Origin: a virus
Lineage: Duplodnaviria > Caudoviricetes
Virus record (IMG/VR): IMGVR_UViG_3300021170_000017
Location: 1,545-65,544 of that record
Direction: 5' to 3' (one strand)
Length of the DNA stretch: 64,000 bases
Shown here piece after piece: positions 17,222 to 25,640 of this stretch; position 1 is the stretch's first letter, and the number at the start of each line of letters is the position of its first letter. The notes below the pieces were generated by a model that was not told the DNA's origin, searched no databases, and saw only the letters and a program-made list of their open reading frames with translations. The translations under genes were made by a program, and so were the position numbers.

Positions 17222-17535
17222 AAACCCGCCTGCGTGAGCACCATGCGAGCGGCGATCACCATGGGGTCTATTTCCGGGTCATCCGAGTGACCGCAGTCGC
17301 CGCTCGCGATCACCGTCACGTAGCGCTCGAGCACGGTGCGCAAGGCTTCAGCGAGATTCGGCGCGGCAGCCATCACCTTGGCGTCCGCAATGGTCTCCAA
17401 CTGGTTTTGGATGGCTGCGTCGCCATCGAGTGCAGGATCGATATCGCAACTGGCGACGACGAAGCCCTCACGCGTCACGATATCGACCGGGAATTTCTCG
17501 GTCTTGGCCGTCCAAGGGCCCGGTGTGCCCGTCAT
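17218..17535 (-). CDS. Conserved phage hypothetical protein
   Basis: TPGPW...ADAKVMAAAPNLAEAL, the common phage TPGPW/AAPDLLEAL family. Confidence 0.65.
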   Translation of the reverse strand: MTGTPGPWTAKTEKFPVDIVTREGFVVASCDIDPALDGDAAIQNQLETIADAKVMAAAPNLAEALRTVLERYVTVIASGDCGHSDDPEIDPMVIAARMVLTQAGL

Positions 17536-17891
17536 GACGGCACGCGGGAGCAGATCTCCGCCTCTTGCTTGGCCGTATTCCAGCCTTCGCAGAAGTCGGC
17601 CTGCAGTTTGGTGTGGTCGAAGTAGCGGGCGGCCGCCTCATCGCGGTCATTCTCGCTCTGCCCCTCGGCGTAGTAGTCCTGGCCCCGTTCGAACGCGGCA
17701 TCGCGCGCGTCGCTGATGCGCTCCGATCGCTCGTCGAGCAGATCGGCATTGACTTCTGGATCGCCCAAATCAACCGGCTGCGCGCGTCGCTCGGGCTGGC
17801 GGGCCGCTTCCTCGCAGGCATGGCACTCGATCTCGAGGAAACCGCGCTCGTTGACGATGCAGTCGCAATCGAGTTTGCGGTACTGGGTCAT
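17532..17891 (-). CDS. Hypothetical protein
   Basis: MTQYRKLDCDC...CHAC; coupled ORF. Confidence 0.5.
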   Translation of the reverse strand: MTQYRKLDCDCIVNERGFLEIECHACEEAARQPERRAQPVDLGDPEVNADLLDERSERISDARDAAFERGQDYYAEGQSENDRDEAAARYFDHTKLQADFCEGWNTAKQEAEICSRVPS

Positions 17892-18070
17892 GACGTGGGA
17901 CCGGTGAGGGGCTCGGCCTCCACGGGCAGGCTGGCGAGCTCTTTGAGCAGCGGCACCAGCGCCTTCTCGGCGGACTTGGCCATGGTCGAGGCGGGGGCGT
18001 TGGTCCGCTGCAGGAGCTGCAAACACCGGATGGCGCGCAGCAGCCGATCTTTGTTGGTCTTCGCTTCCAT
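17888..18070 (-). CDS. First gene of leftward early operon, hypothetical
   Basis: AAGGTG RBS downstream of the leftward promoter; no HTH recognisable. Confidence 0.55.
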   Translation of the reverse strand: MEAKTNKDRLLRAIRCLQLLQRTNAPASTMAKSAEKALVPLLKELASLPVEAEPLTGPTS

Positions 18071-18101
18071 GAGACACCTTCGTTGCTGATTGGACGGTTG
18101 C

Positions 18102-18146
18102 ATCCTAAAAGCAGTGCTTGAATAAAGCAACAGCCTAATGCAATAT
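18102..18146. promoter_or_regulatory. Overlapping divergent sigma70 promoters with palindromic operator-like sites
   Basis: Minus strand TTGCTT-17bp-TAGGAT (18130..18102). Plus strand TTGAAT-17bp-CAATAT (18118..18146). AAGCA-g-TGCTT-gaata-AAGCA at 18109..18129. AT-rich island at the strand switch. Confidence 0.7.
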
Positions 18147-18152
18147 TCATCC

Positions 18153-18347
18153 ATGATCTATAAAACAGCGTGGGTCCATTACGAGTCGAGTCGCAACATC
18201 GCACGAGTCTGCGGGGTCACAGACCAAGCTGTCAGTCAATGGAAAAAGCGGGGAATTATCCCCATCCACTGGGCCCTAGTTCTTGAAAAGGACAGCGGCG
18301 GCGTGATCAAGGTCGACCCCGCGGTCTACTCCAAGTCGGCGATATAA
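18153..18347 (+). CDS. Cro/YdaS-like HTH regulator
   Basis: SRNIARVCGVTDQAVSQWKKRGIIPIHWALVLEKDSGG; first gene of the rightward operon. Confidence 0.8.
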   Translation: MIYKTAWVHYESSRNIARVCGVTDQAVSQWKKRGIIPIHWALVLEKDSGGVIKVDPAVYSKSAI

Positions 18348-18385
18348 CAGCGATGTGTATATTGCTTATGGCAAATGGACGGCGT

Positions 18386-18420
18386 AAAAATACGAACGCC
18401 TCCACAAGGGAGGCGTCGTA
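18386..18420 (-). terminator. Intrinsic terminator-like hairpin oriented for minus-strand transcription
   Basis: AAAAA-TACG-A-ACGCCTCC-ACAAG-GGAGGCGT-CGTA; the U-tract follows the stem on the minus strand. Confidence 0.55.
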
Positions 18421-18713
18421 TGCCGGGTACCAGCCCGGGCTGCGATTGAGTGATTGCGCCACGAACCGCGTCGCCATTCTACCTGCGCACGCTGTCTCCC
18501 GCAAACACCCAGTCCACGGCATACCGTCTGAGGCACGAAAGACTGTGGCCGAAACCGGCCTGGCCCTCAAGAAACGGTTAATCCGGGCAACGTTGCGCCA
18601 CTTGCGACCCGGTCCTGAAATGGAGCTCGCACTCGATGCGAGAGGGGACCCGAGTATCCGTACCAAGAGGGAGAAAGGGCAGGAGACTCGACCTGGGGCG
18701 AATTGTGCACCGT

Positions 18714-18734
18714 CTATTCACAGGGTTATCCACA
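18714..18734 (+). promoter_or_regulatory. Tandem DnaA boxes (candidate replication origin)
   Basis: CTATTCACA-GGG-TTATCCACA: one perfect box and one single-mismatch box, in a poorly coding stretch. Confidence 0.6.
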
Positions 18735-18911
18735 AGTGCGCTCTCTGAGTTCCTCGCAGGGCAATGGGCACCTCAGGCGTCACTATGTGCCTGAAAAGCA
18801 GCACTTCGCGCTTTGCGGCTTCCTGCCGTCTCGAGGCAGCACCTGGCGCCGGCCGCATGTCCGAGCTCGGGTGTGCATCACCTGCCACAAATTGCTCCGC
18901 TCGAGACGCTG

Positions 18912-19229
18912 ATGCCGCTCACGAAGATCGGTAACGAGTCGTTCAACATCGAGCGGATCTTGAAGCACGTCGAGGCCGCAGCCGAGGTGGCGTGGTCAGG
19001 CTCCGAGCGCACCATGATCAATCTGGTGGCGCGCTTGATCCGGCTGCAGAAGCAGCGGATCCAGGAGCTCGAGGCGCGCGTGGTGTTTCTCGAGCGGGAG
19101 GCATTGCTGCTGGAGGCATTGCTGCTCCAGGACAAGAACCGGCCGCTGGAGCAGGAACTGACGTATTTCAAGGCGGAGCACGCGGATCTGCTCCGGCGCT
19201 GGCATCTGATTATGGAGAGGACGCGATAA
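18912..19229 (+). CDS. Coiled-coil hypothetical protein
   Basis: Leu-rich heptads; TAATG overlap with the next gene. Confidence 0.55.
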   Translation: MPLTKIGNESFNIERILKHVEAAAEVAWSGSERTMINLVARLIRLQKQRIQELEARVVFLEREALLLEALLLQDKNRPLEQELTYFKAEHADLLRRWHLIMERTR

Positions 19230-20116
19230 TGACCGAGACCAAAATCGAGTGGTGTGACTACAGTTTCAACGCTTGGTGGGGCTGCACCAAAGTCTCGCCG
19301 GCGTGCGATCACTGTTATGCCGAGACCTGGGCCAAGCGCACCGGGTTTCCCGACCTCTGGGGCGTCCAGGCCGGCCGGCGCACCTTCGGCGAGAAGCATT
19401 GGCTGGAACCGCTCAAGTGGGATATCAAAGCCCTGCGGATGGGCAATGTGACGCGACCGCGCGTCTTCTGCAATTCCATGGCGGACGTCTTCGACAACCA
19501 CGAGGGCGTGGTCCTGGCGCGCGAGCGCCTCTGGAGGCTGATCCGGGCCACGCAGGGCCTCGACTGGCTGATCCTGACCAAGCGCATCGGCAACGTCCAC
19601 AAGATGCTGCCGCATGACTGGGAAGACGGGTATCCGAATGTCTGGCTCGGCATCTCGGTCTGCGAGCAGCGCGAAGCGGACCGCGACATCCCGAAGCTCT
19701 TGGACATCCCCGCGGCGGTGCGCTTCCTATCCTGCGAGCCGCTCTTGGGCCACATCGACCTCTTCCCGTTCCACCAGGGCTCCTGCATCGCCTGCGCGGG
19801 CGGCGGCGAAGTGGCGGCGTGCGGTCCGACCACGACGTTTCCGGAACATGACGACGGCCTCGAGCGCTGCTATGACTGCGGCGGTACCGGGCTCTGCGAG
19901 GACAATGAGGGCCTCGATTGGGTGATCGTGGGTGGCGAATCGGGCGCCGGCGCGCGCAGCATGAACGTCGACTGGGCGCTCAACATCGCCGCAGAATGCC
20001 GCTCGCAGGAGATCCCGTTCTTCATGAAACAGTTATCTCAGGCGGACACCAAGGAATTTAAGGACTTCGGCTCGTTTCCCGAGCCGTTGCGGGTGCGTGA
20101 ATGGCCGAAACCCTAA
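19229..20116 (+). CDS. DUF5131 (phage Gp37/Gp68) protein with inserted CxxCxGxG zinc finger
   Basis: TKIEWCDYSFNAWWGCTKVSPACDHCYA, FCNSMADVF, LTKR, RFLSCEPLLG, DWVIVGGESG, PFFMKQ. Confidence 0.9.
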   Translation: MTETKIEWCDYSFNAWWGCTKVSPACDHCYAETWAKRTGFPDLWGVQAGRRTFGEKHWLEPLKWDIKALRMGNVTRPRVFCNSMADVFDNHEGVVLARERLWRLIRATQGLDWLILTKRIGNVHKMLPHDWEDGYPNVWLGISVCEQREADRDIPKLLDIPAAVRFLSCEPLLGHIDLFPFHQGSCIACAGGGEVAACGPTTTFPEHDDGLERCYDCGGTGLCEDNEGLDWVIVGGESGAGARSMNVDWALNIAAECRSQEIPFFMKQLSQADTKEFKDFGSFPEPLRVREWPKP

Positions 20117-20475
20117 CCCCAGCCGCCAAGCGGCAACTGTTTGACGATGAGACCGCGGAGCTGCGCCTCGCCAAGGTACGCGATCGCATCCGCAAGAACT
20201 TCCCGAACGAGCGCGCAGCGCTGCACTGGCGCCGCGACACGCCGACCCGGCTGGTGTCGATCTGCGGCCGGTTCGCCATCGAGAAGACCGGCGAGGGCGA
20301 GGCGCTGCGCTACACGGCGAAACTCTTGCCGCATTCGGTCATCGGCAATCGGCGGTTTTCCCTCGAGCAGGCCAAAGAGGACTGCAATAGCCATGCCTCA
20401 CCACTACCGCTCGAACCCGCGCAGCCCGAGCTCGCGCCGGTAGTCGAGCGTGAACCGGGGAGCGATGACGAATGA
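20101..20475 (+). CDS. Hypothetical protein
   Basis: 124-aa ORF ending REPGSDDE. Confidence 0.55.
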   Translation: MAETLTPAAKRQLFDDETAELRLAKVRDRIRKNFPNERAALHWRRDTPTRLVSICGRFAIEKTGEGEALRYTAKLLPHSVIGNRRFSLEQAKEDCNSHASPLPLEPAQPELAPVVEREPGSDDE

Positions 20476-20705
20476 GCTTCGAGGTCGTGATCATCCGCAA
20501 CAGCGACGGCAAGCGCGTGACCTACGTCGACACCGACGACTGGACCGTAGGTGCAGAGTTTCGCTGGACCGAAGGCAACCAGGCGTGCGATTGCAACCGC
20601 CGCGGCTACTTCCTGTTCCTCGAAGGCGATCCTGACCCGGACTATGGCCAGTGCGGCGACACCGAATTCTCCGTGATCTTGCCCAAGGAGAAACCCCGTG
20701 AATGA
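20472..20705 (+). CDS. Small Cys-containing hypothetical protein
   Basis: WTEGNQACDCNRRGYF. Confidence 0.6.
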   Translation: MSFEVVIIRNSDGKRVTYVDTDDWTVGAEFRWTEGNQACDCNRRGYFLFLEGDPDPDYGQCGDTEFSVILPKEKPRE

Positions 20706-20804
20706 CGACGACATGATGGAGTCGATGATCGGCGCGCTGCTGGTCATGGGCCTGGTCGTGCTCCTGATCTGGTTTGGCTTGCCACTCGTGGAGGACTATT
20801 TCCG

Positions 20805-21404
20805 ATGAAACTCATGGTCTACGACGCAGAGATCAAGCACGCCATCCCCGAGCGCGGCCGCGCCAACTTGGACGGCATCCAATACTGTGACGGCTGGGGC
20901 GATCGCATCGGCATGGGCGTGTCGGTCATCTGCGCCTACGTCTGGGGCGACGGGTATCGGGTGTTCCTCGAGGATAACTTCGAGGCGTTCAAGACCCTCG
21001 CCGAGGACCCAAACACCCTCTGCATCGGCTTCAATAACCGCATATTCGACGATCTCCTGGTCCGGGATGCGCTAGGCGTGGTTATCGACCAGGACCGCTC
21101 CTTCGACCTCCTACGCGCCGTACGGGTCGCCCGCGGGGACAATCCGAGCGCGCCCGGCAGGGTCTCGCTCGACACCCTCTGCAAGGCGAACTTTCTACCC
21201 GGCAAGTCGGGGAGCGGGGCGTTCGCGCCCATCCTCTGGCAGAAGGGCAAGCGCGGGCAGGTGATCGACTATTGCCTGAACGATGTCATGCAGACCACGC
21301 AGCTCATTGAGCTCGTGATGACCGGCCGACTGCGGGATCCAGAGAACGGCCGCATCCTACCCGTGACCATCCCTGGGGAAATCGTTCGGGAGGACGTCGC
21401 ATGA
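20805..21404 (+). CDS. DEDD/RNase H-like 3'-5' exonuclease
   Basis: VYDAEIK (ExoI), GFNNRIFD (ExoII), IDYCLNDV (ExoIII). GGAGG RBS. Confidence 0.8.
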   Translation: MKLMVYDAEIKHAIPERGRANLDGIQYCDGWGDRIGMGVSVICAYVWGDGYRVFLEDNFEAFKTLAEDPNTLCIGFNNRIFDDLLVRDALGVVIDQDRSFDLLRAVRVARGDNPSAPGRVSLDTLCKANFLPGKSGSGAFAPILWQKGKRGQVIDYCLNDVMQTTQLIELVMTGRLRDPENGRILPVTIPGEIVREDVA

Positions 21405-21640
21405 GCGACCCGGGCGTTTGCTATTGCGGGGCATACGGCGGCGGCAAGCACACCCTCTCGGCACGCTGCAAGCCGACGCCTCCGGCCCTCGTCACCGATA
21501 TGCAGCGGCTCGATTCCCGTCTGAGCCAGGCCGCCTATCGCCTCAAGATGGCGAACGAGGAACTGCACCGTGCCGAGGTAGAACACCGGCTAGCGGGCGA
21601 GGCCGTCGACGCCGAACTCGCCCGCTTAGGAGGCCGCTGA
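21401..21640 (+). CDS. Hypothetical protein
   Basis: CYC..H..C N-terminus; coupled ORF. Confidence 0.5.
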   Translation: MSDPGVCYCGAYGGGKHTLSARCKPTPPALVTDMQRLDSRLSQAAYRLKMANEELHRAEVEHRLAGEAVDAELARLGGR

Positions 21641-21957
21641 TGCCATTCTTCCGCATGCCCGACGGCAGTGTCTGCCACGTCCGCATGGCCAAAGGCCGCT
21701 CGCGGCGCTGCACGGTCTGCAAGTTCCAGACGGTCCAAGTGCGCCTGCGCGAGTGCGATTTCCTGCTGCCCAACGGCAAGACCTGCGACAAACTGATGTG
21801 CATCGACTGCGCGCATCACGTGGGCCCGAACCGCGACCTCTGTCCCGAGCACTTCTTGCACCGCGAGGGCATGACCGCAGCCGAGCTCGACGCACACTGG
21901 GCCGAGATCGACGACCTGTTCGACCGCACTGACTGGCCACCGGAGAAACGACCATGA
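21640..21957 (+). CDS. Zn-finger hypothetical protein
   Basis: CTVC..ECDF..TCDKLMCIDCA..DLCPEH. AGGAGG RBS. Confidence 0.65.
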   Translation: MPFFRMPDGSVCHVRMAKGRSRRCTVCKFQTVQVRLRECDFLLPNGKTCDKLMCIDCAHHVGPNRDLCPEHFLHREGMTAAELDAHWAEIDDLFDRTDWPPEKRP

Positions 21958-22172
21958 CCGATAAAGCCTGGATCACGATGACCGTCGAGCCCTACGAACT
22001 GGTGGCGCTCGTCGACTGGCACCTCGAGCAGAAGCGCGTGTGCGCCATAGACGAGAGGTTCGAGCAGGCCGAGGTGCACCGCAAGCGCGCGCTCGAGCTC
22101 ATGAAACTGCGCGAGGCAGCCGGCGAGACGCGCCGGATCGCCGCCGAAGCCGCGAAGAAGGATCCGCCATGA
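21954..22172 (+). CDS. Hypothetical protein
   Basis: 72-aa coupled ORF with GGAG RBS. Confidence 0.5.
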   Translation: MTDKAWITMTVEPYELVALVDWHLEQKRVCAIDERFEQAEVHRKRALELMKLREAAGETRRIAAEAAKKDPP

Positions 22173-22258
22173 CCGACAAGATCGGTACCGCCGGCCGCGC
22201 CGTGATCGGCGCACTGCTCACAGCGTTCGATGCCGCCAAGTAGCAGCTCCCAGTCGGC

Positions 22259-22510
22259 ATGCGCGAGTGCACTATCCTCCACATGGAGTGCGAGAAAGGC
22301 CACAGCTGGCTCACCGCCACGAACTGGGTCCAGCACCCGTGTCCCACCTGCCAGCGCCAGGCGCTCGAGAAGGCCGGCGACATTCTGGCCCACCAGTTGA
22401 TGTACGGCGAGCACGCGGCCGAGTTGGCCGCATGGTGGGCAGCGCGCGATAACAAGTGCAGTTACTGCGACCCACTTCATCCCGAGGAGGGACCAGCCCA
22501 TGGCCTATGA
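22259..22510 (+). CDS. Zn-ribbon hypothetical protein
   Basis: CEKGH..CPTC..CSYC. Confidence 0.5.
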   Translation: MRECTILHMECEKGHSWLTATNWVQHPCPTCQRQALEKAGDILAHQLMYGEHAAELAAWWAARDNKCSYCDPLHPEEGPAHGL

Positions 22511-22988
22511 ACCCGACGAGCGGATCCTCGAAGCCTGCCCAGGCTGCGGCAGTGGCCGTCTGGCGTGCGTCCTTGGCACCAGCGAGGCGCTCGACTTCTG
22601 CATGGCCTGCCACCGCGTCTGGGAGCGGCTGCCGGCGGGCGAGCCCTACACCATCGACGGCGAACAATTGGCCTTCAAGGTCCCCTGCGATAACTGCGCC
22701 TACCGCGGCGACTCCAAAGAGCGCGCGGACCCCAGAGGCTGGGCGGAGCTCCAGTCGATGCTGGCGCACGGTGGGGAGTTCTACTGCCACAAAGGCGTGC
22801 CGTTCAATCCCCTGACCGGCGGCGCTGACGGGTTCGAGTTCCCCCGGAAGGAAGCGACCGTGGACCTGGCCGGCAAGTGCCACCCGTATCAGCAGTACGA
22901 CAAAGACCGCATGCGGCTTTGCCGTGGATATCTCAACGCCCACATTGGACCCCTGGTCAAAAGGATGTTCTCCCATGCCCAAAATTGA
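22500..22988 (+). CDS. Cys-rich hypothetical protein
   Basis: CPGC, CMAC, PCDNCAYR, FYCHKG, LCRGY. GGAGG RBS. Confidence 0.65.
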   Translation: MAYEPDERILEACPGCGSGRLACVLGTSEALDFCMACHRVWERLPAGEPYTIDGEQLAFKVPCDNCAYRGDSKERADPRGWAELQSMLAHGGEFYCHKGVPFNPLTGGADGFEFPRKEATVDLAGKCHPYQQYDKDRMRLCRGYLNAHIGPLVKRMFSHAQN

Positions 22989-23196
22989 AGGCCGCAAGGT
23001 CATCGCCCAGAAGAACCTGCCGATGCGGATCCCGCTCTGGCCGACCTTGACCACCTGGCTGCTCCTCGACCGCTTCCACGCGCCCGAGTGGCTGGCGGGC
23101 ATCATGATCTTCTTGATCGCGTTCGCCTGGCTCGTCTGGTTTCGCGATATGTACACCCGCGTCGACGTCGACGTCCTCACCAACCGTAGGGAATAG
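22975..23196 (+). CDS. Small membrane protein
   Basis: KNLPMRIPLWPTLTTWLLLDRFHAPEWLAGIMIFLIAFAW. Confidence 0.55.
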   Translation: MPKIEGRKVIAQKNLPMRIPLWPTLTTWLLLDRFHAPEWLAGIMIFLIAFAWLVWFRDMYTRVDVDVLTNRRE

Positions 23197-23199
23197 AAC

Positions 23200-23883
23200 A
23201 TGCAAAAACTCTCCGTCTCCAAGCGCCGCGGCGACATCGGCGGCTCGATCGTCAACCGCACCCAGATGCACGGCAAAAAGGAAAAGGTGCCGGCGATCTC
23301 CGTGCCCGTGGGCGGGATCATTCTCACGCCCGAGGAGTTCTGCGCGCTGATGCAGGACCCGCATGCGTACGAGGCGTTCTTCACCGACGAGCGCAGCCAG
23401 GTCATGGAGCCGCGCTTCCCCGGCATGGACCCGATCACCATCTCGGATAAGTTCGAAGGCGCGAAGGCGACCATCAAGCCGGAGGACGCCGAGGATGCGG
23501 TCATTTTGAAGCCGGCAACCATCGGGTCGATCGTCATCACACCCCTGGGCGCGCAGCCGATCATGAAGTGCATGATCTCCGGCGTCCCCGATGTCCACCT
23601 GCAGACGCTGACGCTGCTCAATAAACGCTGCACGATATCGATTCTGAACGGGGCACTGGCCGACCGGGACGAGAAGCAAAAAGACCTGCCGCTCGCCGGC
23701 GGGGGACCCAACGTCGACGGTACAGACGTACCCGACAGCAACGAGGCCGTCGATCCGCCGACGCTCGCGGACGCCAACAAGGAAGAGGCGGAGGCCACCG
23801 CGAGCGCCATGGGCCAGCAGATCGGCCGCTCAGATCGCGCGCAGAAGGCCAAGAAGGCGCGGGCGGCGAGGACCAAGAAATGA
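23200..23883 (+). CDS. Hypothetical protein
   Basis: 227-aa ORF with phage-like codon usage. Confidence 0.65.
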   Translation: MQKLSVSKRRGDIGGSIVNRTQMHGKKEKVPAISVPVGGIILTPEEFCALMQDPHAYEAFFTDERSQVMEPRFPGMDPITISDKFEGAKATIKPEDAEDAVILKPATIGSIVITPLGAQPIMKCMISGVPDVHLQTLTLLNKRCTISILNGALADRDEKQKDLPLAGGGPNVDGTDVPDSNEAVDPPTLADANKEEAEATASAMGQQIGRSDRAQKAKKARAARTKK

Positions 23884-24338
23884 CGACATCCCCGTCCTTC
23901 GAACGCTGCAGCATGTGTCCACTTCCGGCGGGGCACATCTCGCCTTGCGAAATCCCGGTTCCGATGCTGGCCACGCACCATCCGATCGGATCGGCCGAGG
24001 AGTGCCACAGCCGACGGGTGCGGTTCGATAAGTACTTCGCCATGCAGCAGTTGCTCATGGAAATCGTCGCTGCGGCGCCCGAGGACAACCACGCCATGCA
24101 GTTCCAGAGTAAAGCCAGGGAAATCCTTGCCGGCATGGTGCGGCCGCGTGGGCCCGCGGTGCGCAGTAAGGAGCGGGCGGACGAGCTCGAGACTCTGGTC
24201 CTCGCCTATCGCGTCGCCTCGGGCGTGTTCCCCGTCGAGTCGCCGCATCTGCCGGAGGCGCGTACGCTGATCGTCGAGGCCCTCAAGGCATGGGAACGCG
24301 CGCATCCGCCGGCGCCACTCGATCCGCTACTCCTATGA
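23880..24338 (+). CDS. Hypothetical protein
   Basis: Coupled 152-aa ORF. Confidence 0.55.
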   Translation: MTTSPSFERCSMCPLPAGHISPCEIPVPMLATHHPIGSAEECHSRRVRFDKYFAMQQLLMEIVAAAPEDNHAMQFQSKAREILAGMVRPRGPAVRSKERADELETLVLAYRVASGVFPVESPHLPEARTLIVEALKAWERAHPPAPLDPLLL

Positions 24339-24580
24339 GCATGCCCCATCAGTGTCGATGCGGGACCTGCGGTCTTGAGTTCATGCCACAGGTGCCGGAC
24401 CCATTGGACGCCGCCAATCTCGCCACCTACAACCGTGAGCAGGGCGTCAGACTATTGGCTGCGGCCATCATCAAGATCGCACCCAACGAGGCGCAGCAGA
24501 TCGCCCAGCGCTGGGAGCAGCTGCGGGAGTCGGAGCAACGCGCGCTCGATGATTTCTTGGCCGTGCTGCGCGCACCATGA
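24335..24580 (+). CDS. Hypothetical protein
   Basis: CRCGTC N-terminus; ATGA overlaps. Confidence 0.5.
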   Translation: MSMPHQCRCGTCGLEFMPQVPDPLDAANLATYNREQGVRLLAAAIIKIAPNEAQQIAQRWEQLRESEQRALDDFLAVLRAP

Positions 24581-24888
24581 GCGCGACGGATAAATGCGCC
24601 TGGGACCATGACGGCACGGGCGTCTATACGCTGGGCTGCGACGGTGGGGATTACTACGGATCGCAGAATGGCGACTTCGATGCGCCGCCTGACTTCATGA
24701 TTTATTGCTTCAACTGCGGTAAGGAAATTGACTGGTCGGCAGTGAACGACCAGGACGAAGAGCAAGCGACGCGGCCCGATGTCGTGGCGAAACACGCGCA
24801 CCAGGGGTCAGTCGGAATCGATCGGGGGGAGACCTGCTTGCACTGCGGTAAGGACATGCACGACCCGGTGCACGACGTCGGCCCATAA
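24577..24888 (+). CDS. Zn-ribbon hypothetical protein, last gene of rightward operon
   Basis: YCFNCGKEI and CLHCGK. Confidence 0.55.
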   Translation: MSATDKCAWDHDGTGVYTLGCDGGDYYGSQNGDFDAPPDFMIYCFNCGKEIDWSAVNDQDEEQATRPDVVAKHAHQGSVGIDRGETCLHCGKDMHDPVHDVGP

Positions 24889-24918
24889 AAAAGCCGCCTG
24901 GGGTCACCAGGCGGCTTA
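24887..24918. terminator. Intrinsic terminator at the convergence of rightward and leftward operons
   Basis: Perfect 11-bp stem AAGCCGCCTGG-GGTCA-CCAGGCGGCTT preceded by an A-run (U-tract on the minus strand). Confidence 0.8.
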
Positions 24919-24973
24919 AGTCCATTTGCAACGATCAACACAAGGCGAGCCGGACTCTACCCGCTTTTGCTTC

Positions 24974-25513
24974 CTACTGGAAGGTCGCTGCTAGGACCGG
25001 TGCGGCCGGAGGCGCGACGGTCACGGAGGCCGGAGCGACTTCGGCGTTCGACAAAGGGCTGATATTGCCCGCCGTGTCCGTCACGAACACCGTGTAGGTG
25101 TCGCCCGGGTTGGCCGAGGGGTCCGTGAAGGTGAGGTCCGTCGGCAGCAGGCCCGCGCCGGCAACCGCGCTGTTGGTCTGCAGCGTGGTCTCGGGTCCGA
25201 GCACCGGCGGTGTGCCGGTCGAGCGCTCAACCTGGTAAGTGATCGACGCGATGTCGGTGGCCGCGAGCGGCGAGCCGTCCGTGCGGGTCGTCGGGATGGT
25301 AGCAACGAGAATGGCTTTCATGGAATCTCCTGAAATGTCGAAGGTAGCCGCCAGTTTGGGCGCGGCCGGGGTTGGAAGGAAACGCCGCAAGATGGTGCGG
25401 ACCAGTTGGTCGACCAGTTCGAGATTCGCCTCGAGCTGCCTCAGCCTTCGACTCTCAAATTGTTCGATGCGCTCTAAGCGCGTAAGCCGGCGGTCGATAT
25501 CGTGTTCGTTCAT
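24974..25513 (-). CDS. Fn3-like beta-sandwich protein; internal start at 25321
   Basis: MKAILVATIPTTRTDGSPL..FTD..GDTYTVFVTDTAGNISPLSN..PAAPVL. AGGAG RBS before 25321. In-frame coiled-coil leader from 25513. Confidence 0.65.
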   Translation of the reverse strand: MNEHDIDRRLTRLERIEQFESRRLRQLEANLELVDQLVRTILRRFLPTPAAPKLAATFDISGDSMKAILVATIPTTRTDGSPLAATDIASITYQVERSTGTPPVLGPETTLQTNSAVAGAGLLPTDLTFTDPSANPGDTYTVFVTDTAGNISPLSNAEVAPASVTVAPPAAPVLAATFQ

Positions 25514-25640
25514 GGCGCGCACACTCTACAGCGGTCAGATGACGGTAGAAAGGCTCAAACGATGTCGGCGCTATCCTATACGACGATTGGCCATTGTCGC
25601 ATGCCAGCGACCGGCATCCGCGGTGGTAGAATCCGCGCCC

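Noticed and set aside
18353-18748. 131-aa ORF as a replication initiator or CII
   Set aside because: No RBS or recognisable motif and atypical composition. It contains a hairpin and DnaA boxes, so it is treated as probably non-coding, though not excluded.
22311-24305. 664-aa minus-strand ORF
   Set aside because: It is the antisense shadow of well-formed plus-strand genes with RBSs and coupled overlaps. Long shadow ORFs are expected at this GC content.
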